This document shows positions 12,701 through 25,642 of a stretch of DNA of 64,000 bases, piece after piece. The notes beneath the pieces are model-generated. The model saw only the letters and a program-made list of their open reading frames with translations, made no database searches and was not told where the DNA came from. A program made the translations under genes and the position numbers. Origin of the DNA: Ylistrum balloti (taxonomy: Eukaryota); NCBI RefSeq assembly GCF_031769215.1, contig NW_026781926.1, positions 124,001 to 188,000 on the forward strand, read 5' to 3'. The first letter of the stretch is position 1; the number at the start of each line of letters is the position of its first letter.

Positions 12701-15700
12701 GTAGTGAAAACTGGGTGAAATTATGTTCTTTACATTAATGTTACCATACTTCTTAATACCTCACATTACTGCCACTGAAATCATACTTATTCATACTTAA
12801 ATTAAGATTATGATCAAACCATCACTTGGATTTATGAGGTGTTTCATAGAAAAACTTACCTTTATCACGCATATAATGAATTTCATCAAATATGACCCAT
12901 CCCACCTCTCTCATGATTTCTGAACCTCTGTACAACATACTCCTCAGGATCTGTAAGTCAACCAGACACGAATCAGTACCAGTACAGAGAATTGACAAAT
13001 ATCTTAATTAAAGCATTTATTGTAAGTAAATTAATGACATACAACCAACAGACCCATGAGCAATGTTCCCTTCTCATAACATTTAATGATGATGACAAAT
13101 TTAATGATATTGACAATAATATTAAAAGCTGAACACTTATTTACACCTGCAAGCTACAGGCCAAATATCCATATTACCACAGTTCTCTGTGATAAAGAGA
13201 CACTTGATTATTTGTTAATTACAAGAGCTTTACCTCTGTTGTCATGACGAGACAGCTTGCAGTTGGGTTGATTGTGACATCACCAGTCATAAGCCCTACA
13301 TCCTGAAACTCTTCAAACAGCTCACGGTATTTCTGGTTACTGAGAGCCTTGATAGGTGTAGTGTAGATCACACGCTGTTTGTCTCGTAGTGACATGGCTA
13401 TAGCATACCTAAAACCATCATAAAATGTTATGTTTTGTTTGGTTTTTTTTTAATTTTTTATTGCTACGAAGAGAGTGTGTCATGTTTAAGTTTCTTTCAA
13501 AAAACTCATATTAAAAATTTTTTTTTTACTTTTTACATCAGAACTCCAATTCAGAATTCCAAAATTGGGAGAATTAAAATATTAACCAAACTTATAACTG
13601 GACTCCACTCTATACAATTATTTCATATAAGTAGACTAAAGTGTCAATGAATTACTCACACAGCAACAACAGTCTTGCCAGCAGATGTGTGGGCTGATAC
13701 CAAGACTGACTGGTTGTTTTCTAGACATAGCAAAGCCTCTTTTTGAAAAGGATCCAAGATGAATGGGTATTCCTTAGCAGGTTTTTCTGATGCTGCCTTC
13801 AGGGGAACAAACTCTGCTTCAGGTGGTATAGCAACCTATAATATTATCCAAATATCTCGCAATCAGATGTACATACAAAGATATTGTCACAAAAACCCAA
13901 GAATGTTCGCATTCTTGTGATACTGTGATATGTACATCTTGTAAACACTGTATATTTCATCAACATTTGACAAAAGACCTTGTTTTTTTTCATTATTTTC
14001 TTAAGAAGAATATAATATATACAAAAGAAAAATAACACATTATTGATATATCATGCTACAATATGGTAAGATTTCCATCCTCTATCATATACAATGTATT
14101 ACTTCAGTTACATGTTTGAATTAATAGATTTTACAATAACTTATAGATATAAAACAGTAAGTAAATTCAGTACACTGTTAAGCCTCTAGTGAGAAGCTGT
14201 TTACATGTAACTTCAGTACACACTGTTTACCCGCTAGTGAGAAGCTGTTGACATGTAAGTAACTTCAGTACACTGTTAAGCCTCTAGTGAGAAGCTGTTG
14301 ACATGTAAGTAACTTCAGTACACACTTATGGAAATAAAATGGTCAGCTAGTATTTCTAACCAACATGTCTAAACTCACTTCATGTTGACAGGCTTCCACA
14401 GTCTCTACTCGATGGATCTGAATCCTGGGCATGACATCCGTCGGTCTACAAACAATAGTAAATAAGATTATTAATACAGCTGTGTCCTGATGTTGGGTAA
14501 TATGAATTTTCTATCAAAAGTTGGTGGTGAATGTATCTTTAACATTTACATGAAACACACAAAATGGTATTTTGAGTTAAATCAGTGCTTGAAATACAAT
14601 TTTCATAAATTTTCATATTGAATTACAAACCCATTCAGTCTAGTTGTATTCTACACACAAAACAACAAAAGAATAAATGTAAAATTGAATGTTTTTGACA
14701 TCAGTATATTCAGAATCATGTGATATTTACCCCAAGTCTTGTGGTGTTGCCTTGACTTTTTTCGTCTGATTACTTTCATTGTCATTGTCCTCAGCAGGTC
14801 TTTTGCCCACAATGCTTTTTAAGAGGTCATCAGTTCTGCAAAGTAATAACAGACAATTTTCATTTAATGTTTCTATATTAATCTCTGAGGAAATAAGTTT
14901 TGTAAGATCTGTTGATATTAAGTAATGCGGTTGATTTCTCTGTAGTTTACAAACATTTACATACTGATGGAAACGGTCTGTAAACTTTTGCAATAAAATC
15001 TGGCACTGACTTTCCCAACTTCTGAAATGTTATGAATGATTAGTTTAATATTTAATTAAGAAGACCAGTATCTGTCCATTTTCATAACATTGGGAACCAC
15101 GAGTTTTAAATCCGAGCTGCTATGTTGACAGGACGTCAGGCTGTGAATAGCACATAAGTAAGTCAGAAACTGATCATTCTATCAATTGCATTGCAGTTGA
15201 ATTGCGTGCATGTCATGTGAAGGTGTTTTTGAAGCTAATTTACAGGCATGACTGTAAGACTAACTGAAAATCTGACAATTTTTTACAATGTTCAATGAGT
15301 CTTTTATGGCACGACACATACAGGTCACCCGCCTATTCTTGCCAATGCACATGTTTAGCGGGTAGATTGTGATATTTCTGCTCACAGATTTTTCAAGAAA
15401 GAATATCATTTAGAATATGTGAAGCTATGTGTAATTGAAACAAGGCTGTAACTATATTCTCCCCTCAAATTTTCATGAAGCATAAAACAAGTCTCTCATC
15501 AATAACAAGAACATATACTTGGTGAGAAAAAGCCAGTGACTAGTGGTGAATCATGTATACATGGTATTATATTTATGTACCAGTTTAAGAATTATATAGC
15601 TATTGTTTCAGACCATTCCCAGTGAGATATCTCAAATGATTCATTGACAACTCCAAGTAACCTGAAGCTGGGTTGTACAGCTAATCTGAGGGAGTTGTTT

Positions 15701-16627
15701 ACTTTGAATACAACGGTGCAGTTCTCAAGTGATGGAGGTGCCTGAGGTAGTTCTTTTAAAAGACTGAAATATTACACATTAGGGAAATGGTAAGGTCCAT
15801 CAAAGCGGAAACATATCTCTTATGGTATTAAAAAGTCTTGAACCAAAGTGAAATCTAGTTTTGGCACCAACATAAAAGTCTTCACATTTACCTAAAATCA
15901 GGGACGTAGACAACTTCTGTTATATACATCCCTGCTAAAATTTAACTAGTTTATCACTGATTTGATTGTAATTAAGTGTTTTCTGTATTTAGGTGAATCA
16001 AACTGGTCTTTATTCCTTCTAGTATTATAACGCCAACAAGAATCCCGAAGTCACAACATGTGCACAAGCATACAAAAAGACTGTCAGAAAAATGCCAATG
16101 TCAATCACTAATTAGAACCCAGAATTTAGAATTTACCTTTTTTTTATATCATTATAACTATTGACAGGTGGTGACAATACAAGTGAATCAAGTATATACA
16201 CTACTTTCACTTGTAATTCTTTGAACCGGTATTTTTTTCTTTTTCTTTTTTTTTTCTTTCACGTGAGCATAAATGGCATTCAGATTTGAATATATGAACT
16301 CTCTAAATAGCAGTACTTTTCACAACTCACATTTTTTATTTCTGGATGGTAATTTTGTTTTTACAGTTCAGATCCAAGACAATAAATATAAATTTCAACT
16401 GACGCTGTAATTCAATCAGTACACAAATAGTATCTCTTATTTCTCTTTGAAATTTCACGTTGAATAAAACAGAAACCAGTGTGATGATATCATCATTACC
16501 GTTGGGCATCGGTCTTAGCAGAACCTGTAGTGCTTTTGTCAGGTTCAGTACTACCAGTTTCAGATGAAGCTGTCTCTGTTTTGTCTTCAAATACGTTGAA
16601 AAGATCATCACCAAAGGCGTCTGCCAT
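742..16627 (-). CDS. MTREX: Exosome RNA helicase MTR4 (SKIV2L2), Ski2-like DExH helicase, 25 exons, 1030 aa
   Basis: Exons (minus): 16627-16500, 14835-14731, 14445-14379, 13835-13660, 13408-13234, 12950-12860, 12507-12383, 11429-11331, 10986-10884, 10559-10425, 9665-9586, 9074-8964, 8150-8049, 6895-6770, 6639-6489, 6128-5956, 4944-4873, 4269-4144, 3836-3633, 3461-3366, 3045-2882, 2679-2517, 2052-1890, 1228-1124, 794-742. All introns GT-AG, phases consistent, total 3093 nt. Start [10 protein letters not shown]; motifs [37 protein letters not shown]; end [13 protein letters not shown]. Candidate AATAAA at 56-51. Confidence 0.97.
1600..1745. mobile_element. Decayed copy of the same MITE family (MTREX intron 23)
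   Basis: CCTTGTCCTGTAACAAGCCCAC is the near-exact reverse complement of 47935-47956. CATTGCAGGATCAATA resembles the 47880-48046 right end. Confidence 0.45.
5071..5990 (-). repeat. 55-bp-period tandem array derived from the MTREX exon-16 3' end plus donor site, interrupted by the TRIM
   Basis: Unit starts (plus strand TTACCTTGA...) at about 5071, 5126, 5181, 5236, 5291, 5346, [TRIM], 5787, 5842, 5897 and the real junction at 5952. Units 5181 and 5236 are identical. Confidence 0.9.
5386..5777 (-). mobile_element. TRIM-like non-autonomous LTR retroelement with tRNA-derived LTRs (Helenus/TRIMp3-like)
   Basis: Direct repeats at 5627-5777 (TGTAAC...GTTACA) and 5386-5522, with 16 mismatches over 135 ungapped bp. 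GGTA TSD at 5382-5385 and 5778-5781. PBS TGGCGCCCATGTAGGGAC (5625-5608) lies 1 nt inside the 5' LTR. PPT-like GGAGGGAGAG at 5534-5525. Pol III A-box-like at 5719-5708 and B box GGTTCGATTCC at 5675-5665. Confidence 0.85.
7019..7535. repeat. 44-bp minisatellite, about 12 copies (MTREX intron 13)
   Basis: Unit TATTCACCAGCCTAACATCCTACTACTACACCACTGTGTCCCTA with variants. Confidence 0.92.
11679..11887 (-). mobile_element. tRNA-derived SINE in MTREX intron 7
   Basis: Minus strand reads GGGCTGCAGTGGCTAAGT (A-box-like) ... GGGTTCGAGGTC (B-box-like) ... TGACTCTGGCTGTTGATAGGATGTAAAGC followed by an A-rich CAA tail, a typical mollusc SINE layout. Confidence 0.7.
14160..14325. repeat. About 50-bp tandem repeat, about 3.3 copies (MTREX intron 3)
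   Basis: Unit GTAACTTCAGTACACTGTTAAGCCTCTAGTGAGAAGCTGTTGACATGTAA. Confidence 0.88.
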
Positions 16628-17006
16628 GATGTTGACCCATGTGTTTGTAGTTCAGCAGTGAAGATGGATTTTTTTAAAATACATACATTTTCATATGATA
16701 ATACAAAAATATCTACCATAGAAAGAAGTTTGTTTTCTTTTTCTTGATAATATTATGAGGATCAATAAGGACACTTAAATTTTAATGTAGACCTAATTGC
16801 TATTTAAATAATATATTTCAAATTGATACTCCCGTAAGTTATTTTTGTTATTGTACAGATTTTATAAGATAGCAAATCCTTTCGGTCAAAACATAATTAA
16901 TTTCATCGTTTAGTGTTATAGTGATTTCTTTATATTTTGATAACAAAAGTTTAGTTTGATAATGAATAATGAAATTATGTACGCAACATCACGAACGAAG
17001 ACAACA
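16628..17006. promoter_or_regulatory. Bidirectional promoter region MTREX/TXNDC12
   Basis: 379 bp between divergent start codons. Local CpG enrichment at about 16970-17580. YY1-like AATGGCGG overlaps the TXNDC12 ATG. Confidence 0.7.
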
Positions 17007-20000
17007 ATGGCGGACAAGATGAATTTGCTTGCGTGTTTCCTGTTTACTTGTCACATTTACTTGGTGTTTTCCAACGAACTTGCCAGAGGTAATTTATAAG
17101 TCATTGTTAGTGATATCTTTGTCTTACGTATTTCTTTTTTTAATGGTAGATTACTTAGTTTGCTAAGCATCGCTTGCACACATGATCCTTCACCTAAGCT
17201 TAGGACCTGCTGCATTGGTTTGTGCGGACAAGCCGATTCGTCGGCACTTTAACATGTAACATTTCATATATAAATCGGGACGGCCCTGCAATTATTAGAA
17301 TTTAAGACAAGGATTGAATGGTTAAGTCGAGGCTCGTCAGAAGACAACATATGATAACTAGGTCCATTCTAATTTCTTAATCGAACAACTCTCATCCAAC
17401 GTGTCATAATCGATAAACGAAAACGGCGCCGGGCTGCTTTCATATAAAGGGTCAAACCGATTCTTTCAATTTCAAATATAATTACACAGATATATCTGCA
17501 GAACACCCAAACTAGAGTATATATAGAACACCTGAAACTACCTAAATTCTTCAGAACACCCAAACTAGAATGTCGGAGTACTGAACATGAATACTAGAGC
17601 ATCTACAGAACAATCAAACTCAAATTGGAGTATTTACAGAACACCTAAACTGAACACTTGAGTATCTACTTAACTTACAAACGAGTGTGCAGAACACACA
17701 AACTAGAGTGTCTACAGAACATCAAAATTAGAGTATCTATAGAACACCTATACTGAACTTCAGAACACTTAAAACTTGAGCGTCTACAGAACATTCAAAA
17801 AAGAGAATCTGAATATACCAGTGACATTGCCTTGGTGAAAGGTGAGCAAGTTATTTAAAGAAAATCAGAGATTGATACCTCTATTGGGAAAAAAAAACAC
17901 GAAAATAAACTTGTTACATGTGTTAAATACAAACTTCTTTGGTAAAGATGAAAAAAAACAAAAGTTGCATTCCTGCTCTCAGAAGACTGCCAAGGGACCA
18001 GCTGTTTTAAGTTTAACTTTACCTGCTATATATAAGTTGAGGTGAAATTCCACCTAGATTAAAGTTTGAAGATGATAATGATTAAATATGTAAAATTAAA
18101 ACAAGACACTAAACTACTCCTCAATATGCAACAATGTAATAGTTGCACATATTTTAGTATATTCTTGTCATTCACTTTTTTCAATCAGTCTTTTGTAAAG
18201 TTTTATTATCTAATAATCTGCACTCTAAGTTTTGGTTAGTCTATTTGAAACAAAGATTGTGAATAAATTTATACCAACTGATATCTTTGCAGCACCTTTT
18301 GCCAATCATATAATATAAAACAGATGGCCTGTTCTTTGCCAATAATCTTGTATGTGACAATATATGTACATAAGTACTTGGTGTGGTTGGTAACATCTGT
18401 GATTTAAAAGCAGTAGATGCAAAATTGTTTTAGCAAAACTTGGTCAGATAATGCTGAAGACAGGGAAAAAAATCACTTAAGTTATCAAGTCTAAATCAGT
18501 TACAAGGATCTATGGAGACTGGTCTGTTCTGACTAGGCTGTCATTGATAGCACAATGATATGTGATGGTGTTATATGATACTAAGACATCTGATATGTTT
18601 TGCAAATATTGGTACTGGTAGTTTTTAAGCCCACCATCATCAGATGATTGGCTAATCAAATTGCCCGTAATCTCTAGAGAAACACTGAATGGATTGTGCT
18701 CTGATTTCATTTCATTTTGGACTGATCAGAAAAATGAAATGGCAGACAGTTGGATTTTGACTGTGAAAATTGTTAAACACTATTTCTTGAAAAGATAACC
18801 TTTTGTCCTTAGTTTTGCCCTTTTGATTTTTGGACTGATAAGCAAAACTGCATGAAAGGTGGCCATCTTGGATTTTGACAAACAAAGTTTTGTACACTAC
18901 TCTATTTCGTAAGAAGTATTGGATGGAGCGTTCTTAAATTTGATATGTAGGTTTCTTTTCTGCAATAAAAATTATGACTGAAAATCATATTTTCCTCTTT
19001 CATTCTAGTTTATAGTCTTCATTTTATAAAGAAAATTATGCCTAAATAAATAACCTTTTCTGTTCTGTTTTCCCAGTTTACAGTTTAATCAGACATAGAC
19101 AGGATGAGATTAGAAAACAAACCTAGACATGTTATGTATTGATATACATGTGTCAATGTTTTTGCTGGTCAATACAATGCATACTTACCTGTTAATGACA
19201 GCCCAATAATGGTTTGTAATCATAAGGAAAAGAATGTGATACAAAATGTCTTTAACTTTTGCTATATGGATATAACAAGGTTTAGGGGAATTTTTGTAAG
19301 GATTTTTGGGTACCTGACTTGATGTACAGAAATGACATCACCTCCACTCTTTGATATTCTTCTGTTTTCTGTTGGATGTCTGTCTGAATTTATATTGTTT
19401 GTATTTTGTAGGATGGGGAAATGACATAGCATGGGTGAAACTAGATGATGGTCTGATTCAAGCGAAGAAAGAGTAAGTTTTCCCTAAATACATATTTATC
19501 AGGTATACGGATGTAAATATACTACAGTGGTGTTTATTCCTGGATCATTATCAACATATACATGGTATTAGATAAAGTCTAAAAGGTCTCTAACATTAAA
19601 TTTATTTTCAGGACAGATGAGTAATATTAATTGATCTATTTACTACTATACTTGTTTGGTGGGTTTATTGCCCTTGAACAACCAGGGTCATTTTGAGGCA
19701 GGGTCTCCTTGTATTAGCTGGTGTCTACCTCACTAATAACATACAAGAGGCCCATTGCATGCCAACCAGAGCAATTAGGATAAAGTGTCCTGCCCATGAA
19801 CACAAACATACCAGCACAGACTGTTGTGTTTCTCACCTTCTTGAAACTTATAAACCAGTTATATTGACACATGTAGTAAACGGTATGTACATACATATCT
19901 GCTATATATATATGCTTTAAAAAAACTCAATAAGTTGCTTTAACAGTGCAAAGCAATAGTGCTTTAATATATACATATGCTGTTGAGTTTTTTTAAGGCA

Positions 20001-22550
20001 CTGAATCTGTTGAAGATTATCAGTACCAATTTCTAAATCAAATGCTTCATACTACAGTGTACTGTAAACTCCGTCTATATCTATTCATGAATCAGTGTTA
20101 TATTTTAATGTTTTGTGTGTATCAGGTCTTTTTGTTGTTTGTACTCTTGACCATTTTGTATAACTGTAATTCTGTTGTTTTTTGTTTCAGAAATAAACCT
20201 GTAATGCTGATTATACATAAATCCTGGTGCGGCGCATGCAAATGTAATTTGGCTTTATTACTACAATACTATTATAGTTGAGCCTCTGTAATCAAGCTAT
20301 CTCTAGATGTTGATCATGCTAGGGTTCTAAGGACAGACCAAACCTTTCTTTATACACAACATTCTCACTCACATTAAAATCCACTTGAGGATTAATCTCA
20401 CTTTTGTTTAAGAGACCATTGATAGTGTCACTTAAAAGGACTAGACAGCAGAGTCCAGACAAAATATTGAGAGATTCATTGCATTCAAAGTGAATGTTAA
20501 ATATAACATTTATCATATAACCTTAGTTTATTAGCATTAAAGTAATCACGTGATATATTTTGATTTAAACAGTTCTGAATCTCCATCCTGACATTAATGT
20601 TTTATTTACCATTGTAGCATTAAAACCTAAATTTGAAGCATCACAAGCTATAAAAGAAGTCAGTCAGGAGTTTGTTATGGTTAATGCTGAGGTGAGTGGT
20701 TTTATAATGTACAAAGACATAGAAAGTGGATCATCTGTTTCATTCACGACAAATTATTTTGGTTTGTATTGATGTTTGGTGTGATCATATAAATCAATCT
20801 GAATTTAAAGTACATTAGAACCAAAAATGATCATATTTGTCTTACCAGAGGTATATACTTTTGAAGATGTACACTGTATGTTTGCTTTTTTTTTCTTCCA
20901 AATAAAAAATATAAATCCTTTAACAATAGGATGATGAAGAGCCAGGAGATTCTAAATTTACACCTGACGGGGGATACATTCCACGTATTTTCTTTTTAGG
21001 TACGTATATATTACCCAGTAATCAATTTCTTGTACACAGGACATGGGCATCTTCTGCATTACCGATTGCTTTTTTTTCTGTCTTGTCTGATCTGTCTGGT
21101 ACCTTTATGCAATATTGGTGCCAAAGGATGCCACAATTAAAATGACATCATATTCAGTTGTCTTCCATGTGTATAACTGCAAACTGCAAAGGGAAGTTAT
21201 TTAATGGAATAGAAGAATTTGAAAATTATATTACTAGGTAGTAGTGAAACTTACATGCAATTTTCATTCAATAATGAACAAGAGAAAGAATCTGTATGGG
21301 TCCAAGATCAATTCATCTCAGTCAAAGCCTGACATTCTGTAACAACTTATTCATGGCTCTGCCTCAAATGAGATTTTGTGACAGACTGTCAGCCCAGGAA
21401 TGAGATAAATTGCTCTCAAACACGGTTACACAATTTTTTTAGTCTACATCCAAGTGAAATTGATAAGTATGACTTAAAAGCAAATACAGGAGAAATCAAA
21501 GCACACCAAGTTTAAGGCTAAATTTGTTTATAACATTTAATAATCTATTGGTAAATAATTAGGTACCCTGGAATAAAATATCCAAACATTGTCATACACC
21601 AGCGAAATATTGAAAGTGAAAAAATTTGTAGCAATAAACAGCTTGGTTAAATGTTGACTTATTATGTTTCAGATTCTGATGGAAATGTATTAAACGACCA
21701 TTACAATAAGGACGGTAACAGTCAATACAAGTATTATTACTATAGTCCTGACCATAGTAAGTAGTCTGTTGGCTTATTAAAACCTTAATTTGGTAATGTT
21801 TCATGTGTTCCCTTGTGTAATAATATCCAAGCAGTGTTGTTAGCTGTGTAAATCAATATCAGACTTCATGTTAATTGAAAACTCGACTTCTCATTCAGTA
21901 ATTGTGCTAAATTATACTGGTTTCTTGTTCTTGTTGTACACTTAAACATTGCTTCTAGTTGGTCATTTATACTGGTTTCTAGTTATGCTCAATATTGTTC
22001 CATGATAAAGTTGAATGCTTCTGTTGAAAACTGGTCACTGATGTTAGGTTCAAGTTCTGTTGAATACTTGTCCTTCACTGGTTTCTGGTTGTGCTGAACC
22101 CATATGTTTGGTCTGGTTTTCTGCACTGAAGACTGATCCTAAATAATGATGTCTGGTAAAAATAATCAAGCACACTGTTAATTTAGGTCAGAGTTGCTTC
22201 CCCTGGAAGCAATCATTAAGTTAAGGACAGTTTCAACATAGAATAAAAAGAGAAGTATATGAAAAAATTGAAAGTATATGCAAATTCATCACAAAAATGA
22301 AAAAAATAATCTTCAGTTTGGAACACAGTCATTTCATATTAGTGACAATAGAAGATGTATCAATAGAATTTTCTAACTTGATTGTACTTGTCAAGTAAAG
22401 TTCTGGGTCGATGTTGGTGTTCATCACAATTTTCAACTTTTTTAAGATATGTTAAATAGTGTATTTATTTCTTTTGCAGTTGTTAAAAGCATGAAAGGCG
22501 TATTGGAAACATTAAAAAGTGGTAATACAGCAACCAATGAAGAATTATGA
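17007..22550 (+). CDS. TXNDC12: Thioredoxin domain-containing protein 12 (ERp18/ERp19, AGR family ER oxidoreductase), 7 exons, 164 aa
   Basis: Exons 17007-17088, 19412-19472, 20191-20243, 20618-20691, 20930-20999, 21673-21756, 22480-22550 (495 nt). Hydrophobic signal peptide MADKMNLLACFLFTCHIYLVFS; IIHKSWCGACK active site; PDGGYIPRIFFLD; C-terminal ER-retention-like NEEL*. AATAAA at 23304-23309. Confidence 0.96.
17490..17800. repeat. Degenerate tandem repeat (TXNDC12 intron 1)
   Basis: Recurrent AAACTAGAGTRTCTACAGAACA motif. Confidence 0.7.
18700..18990. mobile_element. Probable fragment of a dispersed mollusc DNA-transposon/Helentron-associated repeat
   Basis: Contains GGTGGCCATCTTGGATTTTGAC and AAATTTGATATGTAGGT, motifs recalled from abundant bivalve repeats. 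Not verified by search. Confidence 0.35.
19650..19830 (-). mobile_element. CORE-type SINE, 3' part (TXNDC12 intron 2)
   Basis: GCAATTAGGATAAAGTGTCCTGCCCATGAACACAAACATACCAGCACAGA is CORE-like and nearly identical to 53761-53810. Confidence 0.6.
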
Positions 22551-25500
22551 CGGGATAAAGAGTAGACGTATGATATCCTAGATGAATGAAAGATATTGAA
22601 GAAACTGTATATGAATTAGCTTTATGTGGAAAAATCTTTTTCTTAACAGCTTTATGGATTTTTTTTTATATTCTTATGTTTTAGATTGTGATCATTTGAA
22701 TTTCGATTTGTTTCTTTCTGAAAGTATGAGTGGAAACTCTCTGACAATTTCAATATTTTATAACTTAAAATTTGGAAACATACAAGTAGAAGCAGGTCCT
22801 TCTTAGCATTCACGACCATTTACCTGACATTCCTTTTTTTCAAAATTTTCACAATTGCTAGTATTTATTATGTAGTGCTGATAAGATGTTAGATTTTGCA
22901 AGGGAAATAAGGTCTAGAATGTGTTTATTAAACTGTTATGGCTTTTATTATTGGTACTTTAGAATGTTTTGGATTTTGGATGTTTTTTACAACACAGATC
23001 ATATTTTTACCAGTATTATTACAGGTATTCATAAATTGTCTGAAAAACGTTTTGTTGTTTTGATGTCTGATATTCCTTGTACTCTTTAGTGGTTAATACT
23101 AAACCAGTCCTTGTGTTCTAGGATCAGGTAAAGCACTAATTGAGTTAATTATTTAATTGAACAACGAATTTGCATGGTGTGTCTCCTGTGTTATTTCTGA
23201 AGAAGATTAAATTGTCAAGTGTCTTCTGTTTGATTATCTCCCCTTTTCATGAAGTGACTGAATGAATAATTGGAAAGAGTAGTTTATGTGTATCATTTGC
23301 TTTAATAAAATATAAAAAATAACATGATCTCAGTGTCTTAGTTTGTACATAGCATCACACATTTTCCCTGTAGCCAAGTACTCATTTAAACAACAGAATA
23401 CAAACGGCACAATTAAAATTCTAAGATTTTATTCAAGGTTGTAGGAAATGGGGTGTCCTATGCCCATACGTGATGTAATTTGAGCCTTCAGTACTGCACT
23501 TAAGACTGATGTTGATGAAGCTATTGATTAGTTACAGACTAAAGATATGTAGGGATCAGACATTCTTTAATAGATATTAATTGGATGGACTCTTGAAATG
23601 GGGGACTTAGTTCCCTGCTGAGTTTAAATTACTGCTGAGAGAATAAAACTGATATCCATTGAGCAACCCCTCCGATTACTGAAAGTTTCAGAATGGAAGT
23701 TGCAGTGGTGAAAGGGAGCTTGATTTAAGTTAGCCAAAGGCAACAAAGGGTTTTACCTCTGTGTGACCATTGTTTCTGAATGTTGATCTGAATAGTCAGG
23801 ACCCTACCTCTGATGTTCAAATAGTTCAGTATTTCTATTTGTATTCTAAGGGCAGAACTGGCTATTGAAAATGGACAAAAGACAAACTTTTTACTTGAAA
23901 AAATGTCTGCTATCAGCTTCTTTAGATGGTGGTTATACACGGTTTCTAGGCATAAGAAAGGGAATATTTTACCGGTACTTGATGTTGAGAAAACTGTAGC
24001 ACTTTGATGTCACTGTTGAGAAAGACTAGCACACCCACTATTCATTCTAGAGTTGACCAAGGTACGACATAGGGTTTTGTACTGTCCTTGTACATGCATT
24101 TGTTAGTCACTTTCCTTGTGCAGAGGGGATGTGTGGAATGTCAAATGGATTGCATTTGATTTCGGTGTAGTACCTTCTGTACTTAATGGCCATTTACACC
24201 ATATTTGATATATAATGCAGATTGTTTGTGTGGTGGGTTTGACAGGTGTAATGTCATATGATTTGTTACCGAAAACAAAATTAGTTTCTTGCACGAACAT
24301 GGTGTATATAGCAATCATACCATTGCTTCAGATGAGTTGAAATTTGAACTTGAACTGATTTTGATGAAGTTTGGTATATAGGACATTGAAATAAACTGTA
24401 TGGGCTGTGTTGTCATAGCAACCAAACTGAGGCATCTGATCAGTTGAAATGCCAGGCTGTTTCTTACTAGAATATTTTTTCACCTAAGAGGAGACATTCT
24501 TGCGATCACTGACAAACACATTTTATCACGGACATGGTGTTCAGGTTACCATACTTCGTTTTCGGGATGATGTCATATAAAGTAATAACACTGTGACTGT
24601 TAGGGTCATTGGGTCTCTTTTTAAGAGTCCCTCTGGTCAGAAATGAATAATACACAAACACGTGGTTACTATAATAGTTTTATTTGGACGGAACTCTGAT
24701 ATACATGTCACAAGATACAGTTATGAACACTCAGTAAGTACTAGGATGATACATTAAGCATACATTACACTTGGGATTTGTGTACATTGTGTCTATCACT
24801 GGTGACAGCCAGTGTTATACCTGTGGAGTAGTATTGGTTTGTTGTAAAGCTGCCTTATTTTAAGGGAGATAATAATTGTGATATCTGAATTAGACAATCT
24901 GGACAACGTCAAGAATCTTTATAACTAATCAAATTCTGTGTACACTGTCTCCAGCTGTGTTTTCACAAATCATGATAACACCCTACATTGTAAGACAACA
25001 CACCCTACTGAGAACATCCGCGGAGACAGACAAATAGAATGAAATGATACACGAAATTTGGACAAAAACAAAGAAACCGTAGTTTACAATGTGCAACATT
25101 TCAAGAATTAGTTATTGATCGATAAGGTTGATGGGACGATAGGAATGAAGACGTTACGACATCCCTTCATAGAGTCGTAAGTTTGTAACATTGAAAATGT
25201 AACCCTTCTCGATACCGGAACAGAATCGGTGATTGGATTATATCATATTGGCAGTGTTAACTTTTATGGTTAATGTCTGTTGACAGATTACTGGTATTTA
25301 TCTCTGATTCGTGTGTAGGCCATCCTCAACAGAATTTCAAGTCAACTTCTTCTGAATTATACCTGTTCTATTGTAAGATATCTGTGTCCAATACTGGTGA
25401 TTTGGAAATCCCGCTGGTTGCATCATTCCAGGCACCAAAACTCACTAAAGTACGAATAAATAACGATGCCCTTTTTAAACGGTCTTGGTTTAGGACGAAA

Positions 25501-25642
25501 GTTCGTGTACTTGACCTTTGACTCCGTGTGGATCATGTACTTGACTTTTGACCCGGTGTACATCCATCATTGAACGCTTTACTGTTCTATTTGGTACTTG
25601 GCACCATATATTTGACCACAACAAGATACGTTAACAAAAACT

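Noticed and set aside
16416-16496. C/D-box snoRNA-like ATGATGA...CTGA with a 14-bp palindrome at the start of MTREX intron 1
   Set aside because: The C box overlaps the U1 site, there is no terminal stem and no recognisable rRNA-complementary guide.
23440-24550. Possible transposase remnant between TXNDC12 and the Tctex gene
   Set aside because: No frame gave a recognisable domain and no clear TIR/TSD pair was found.
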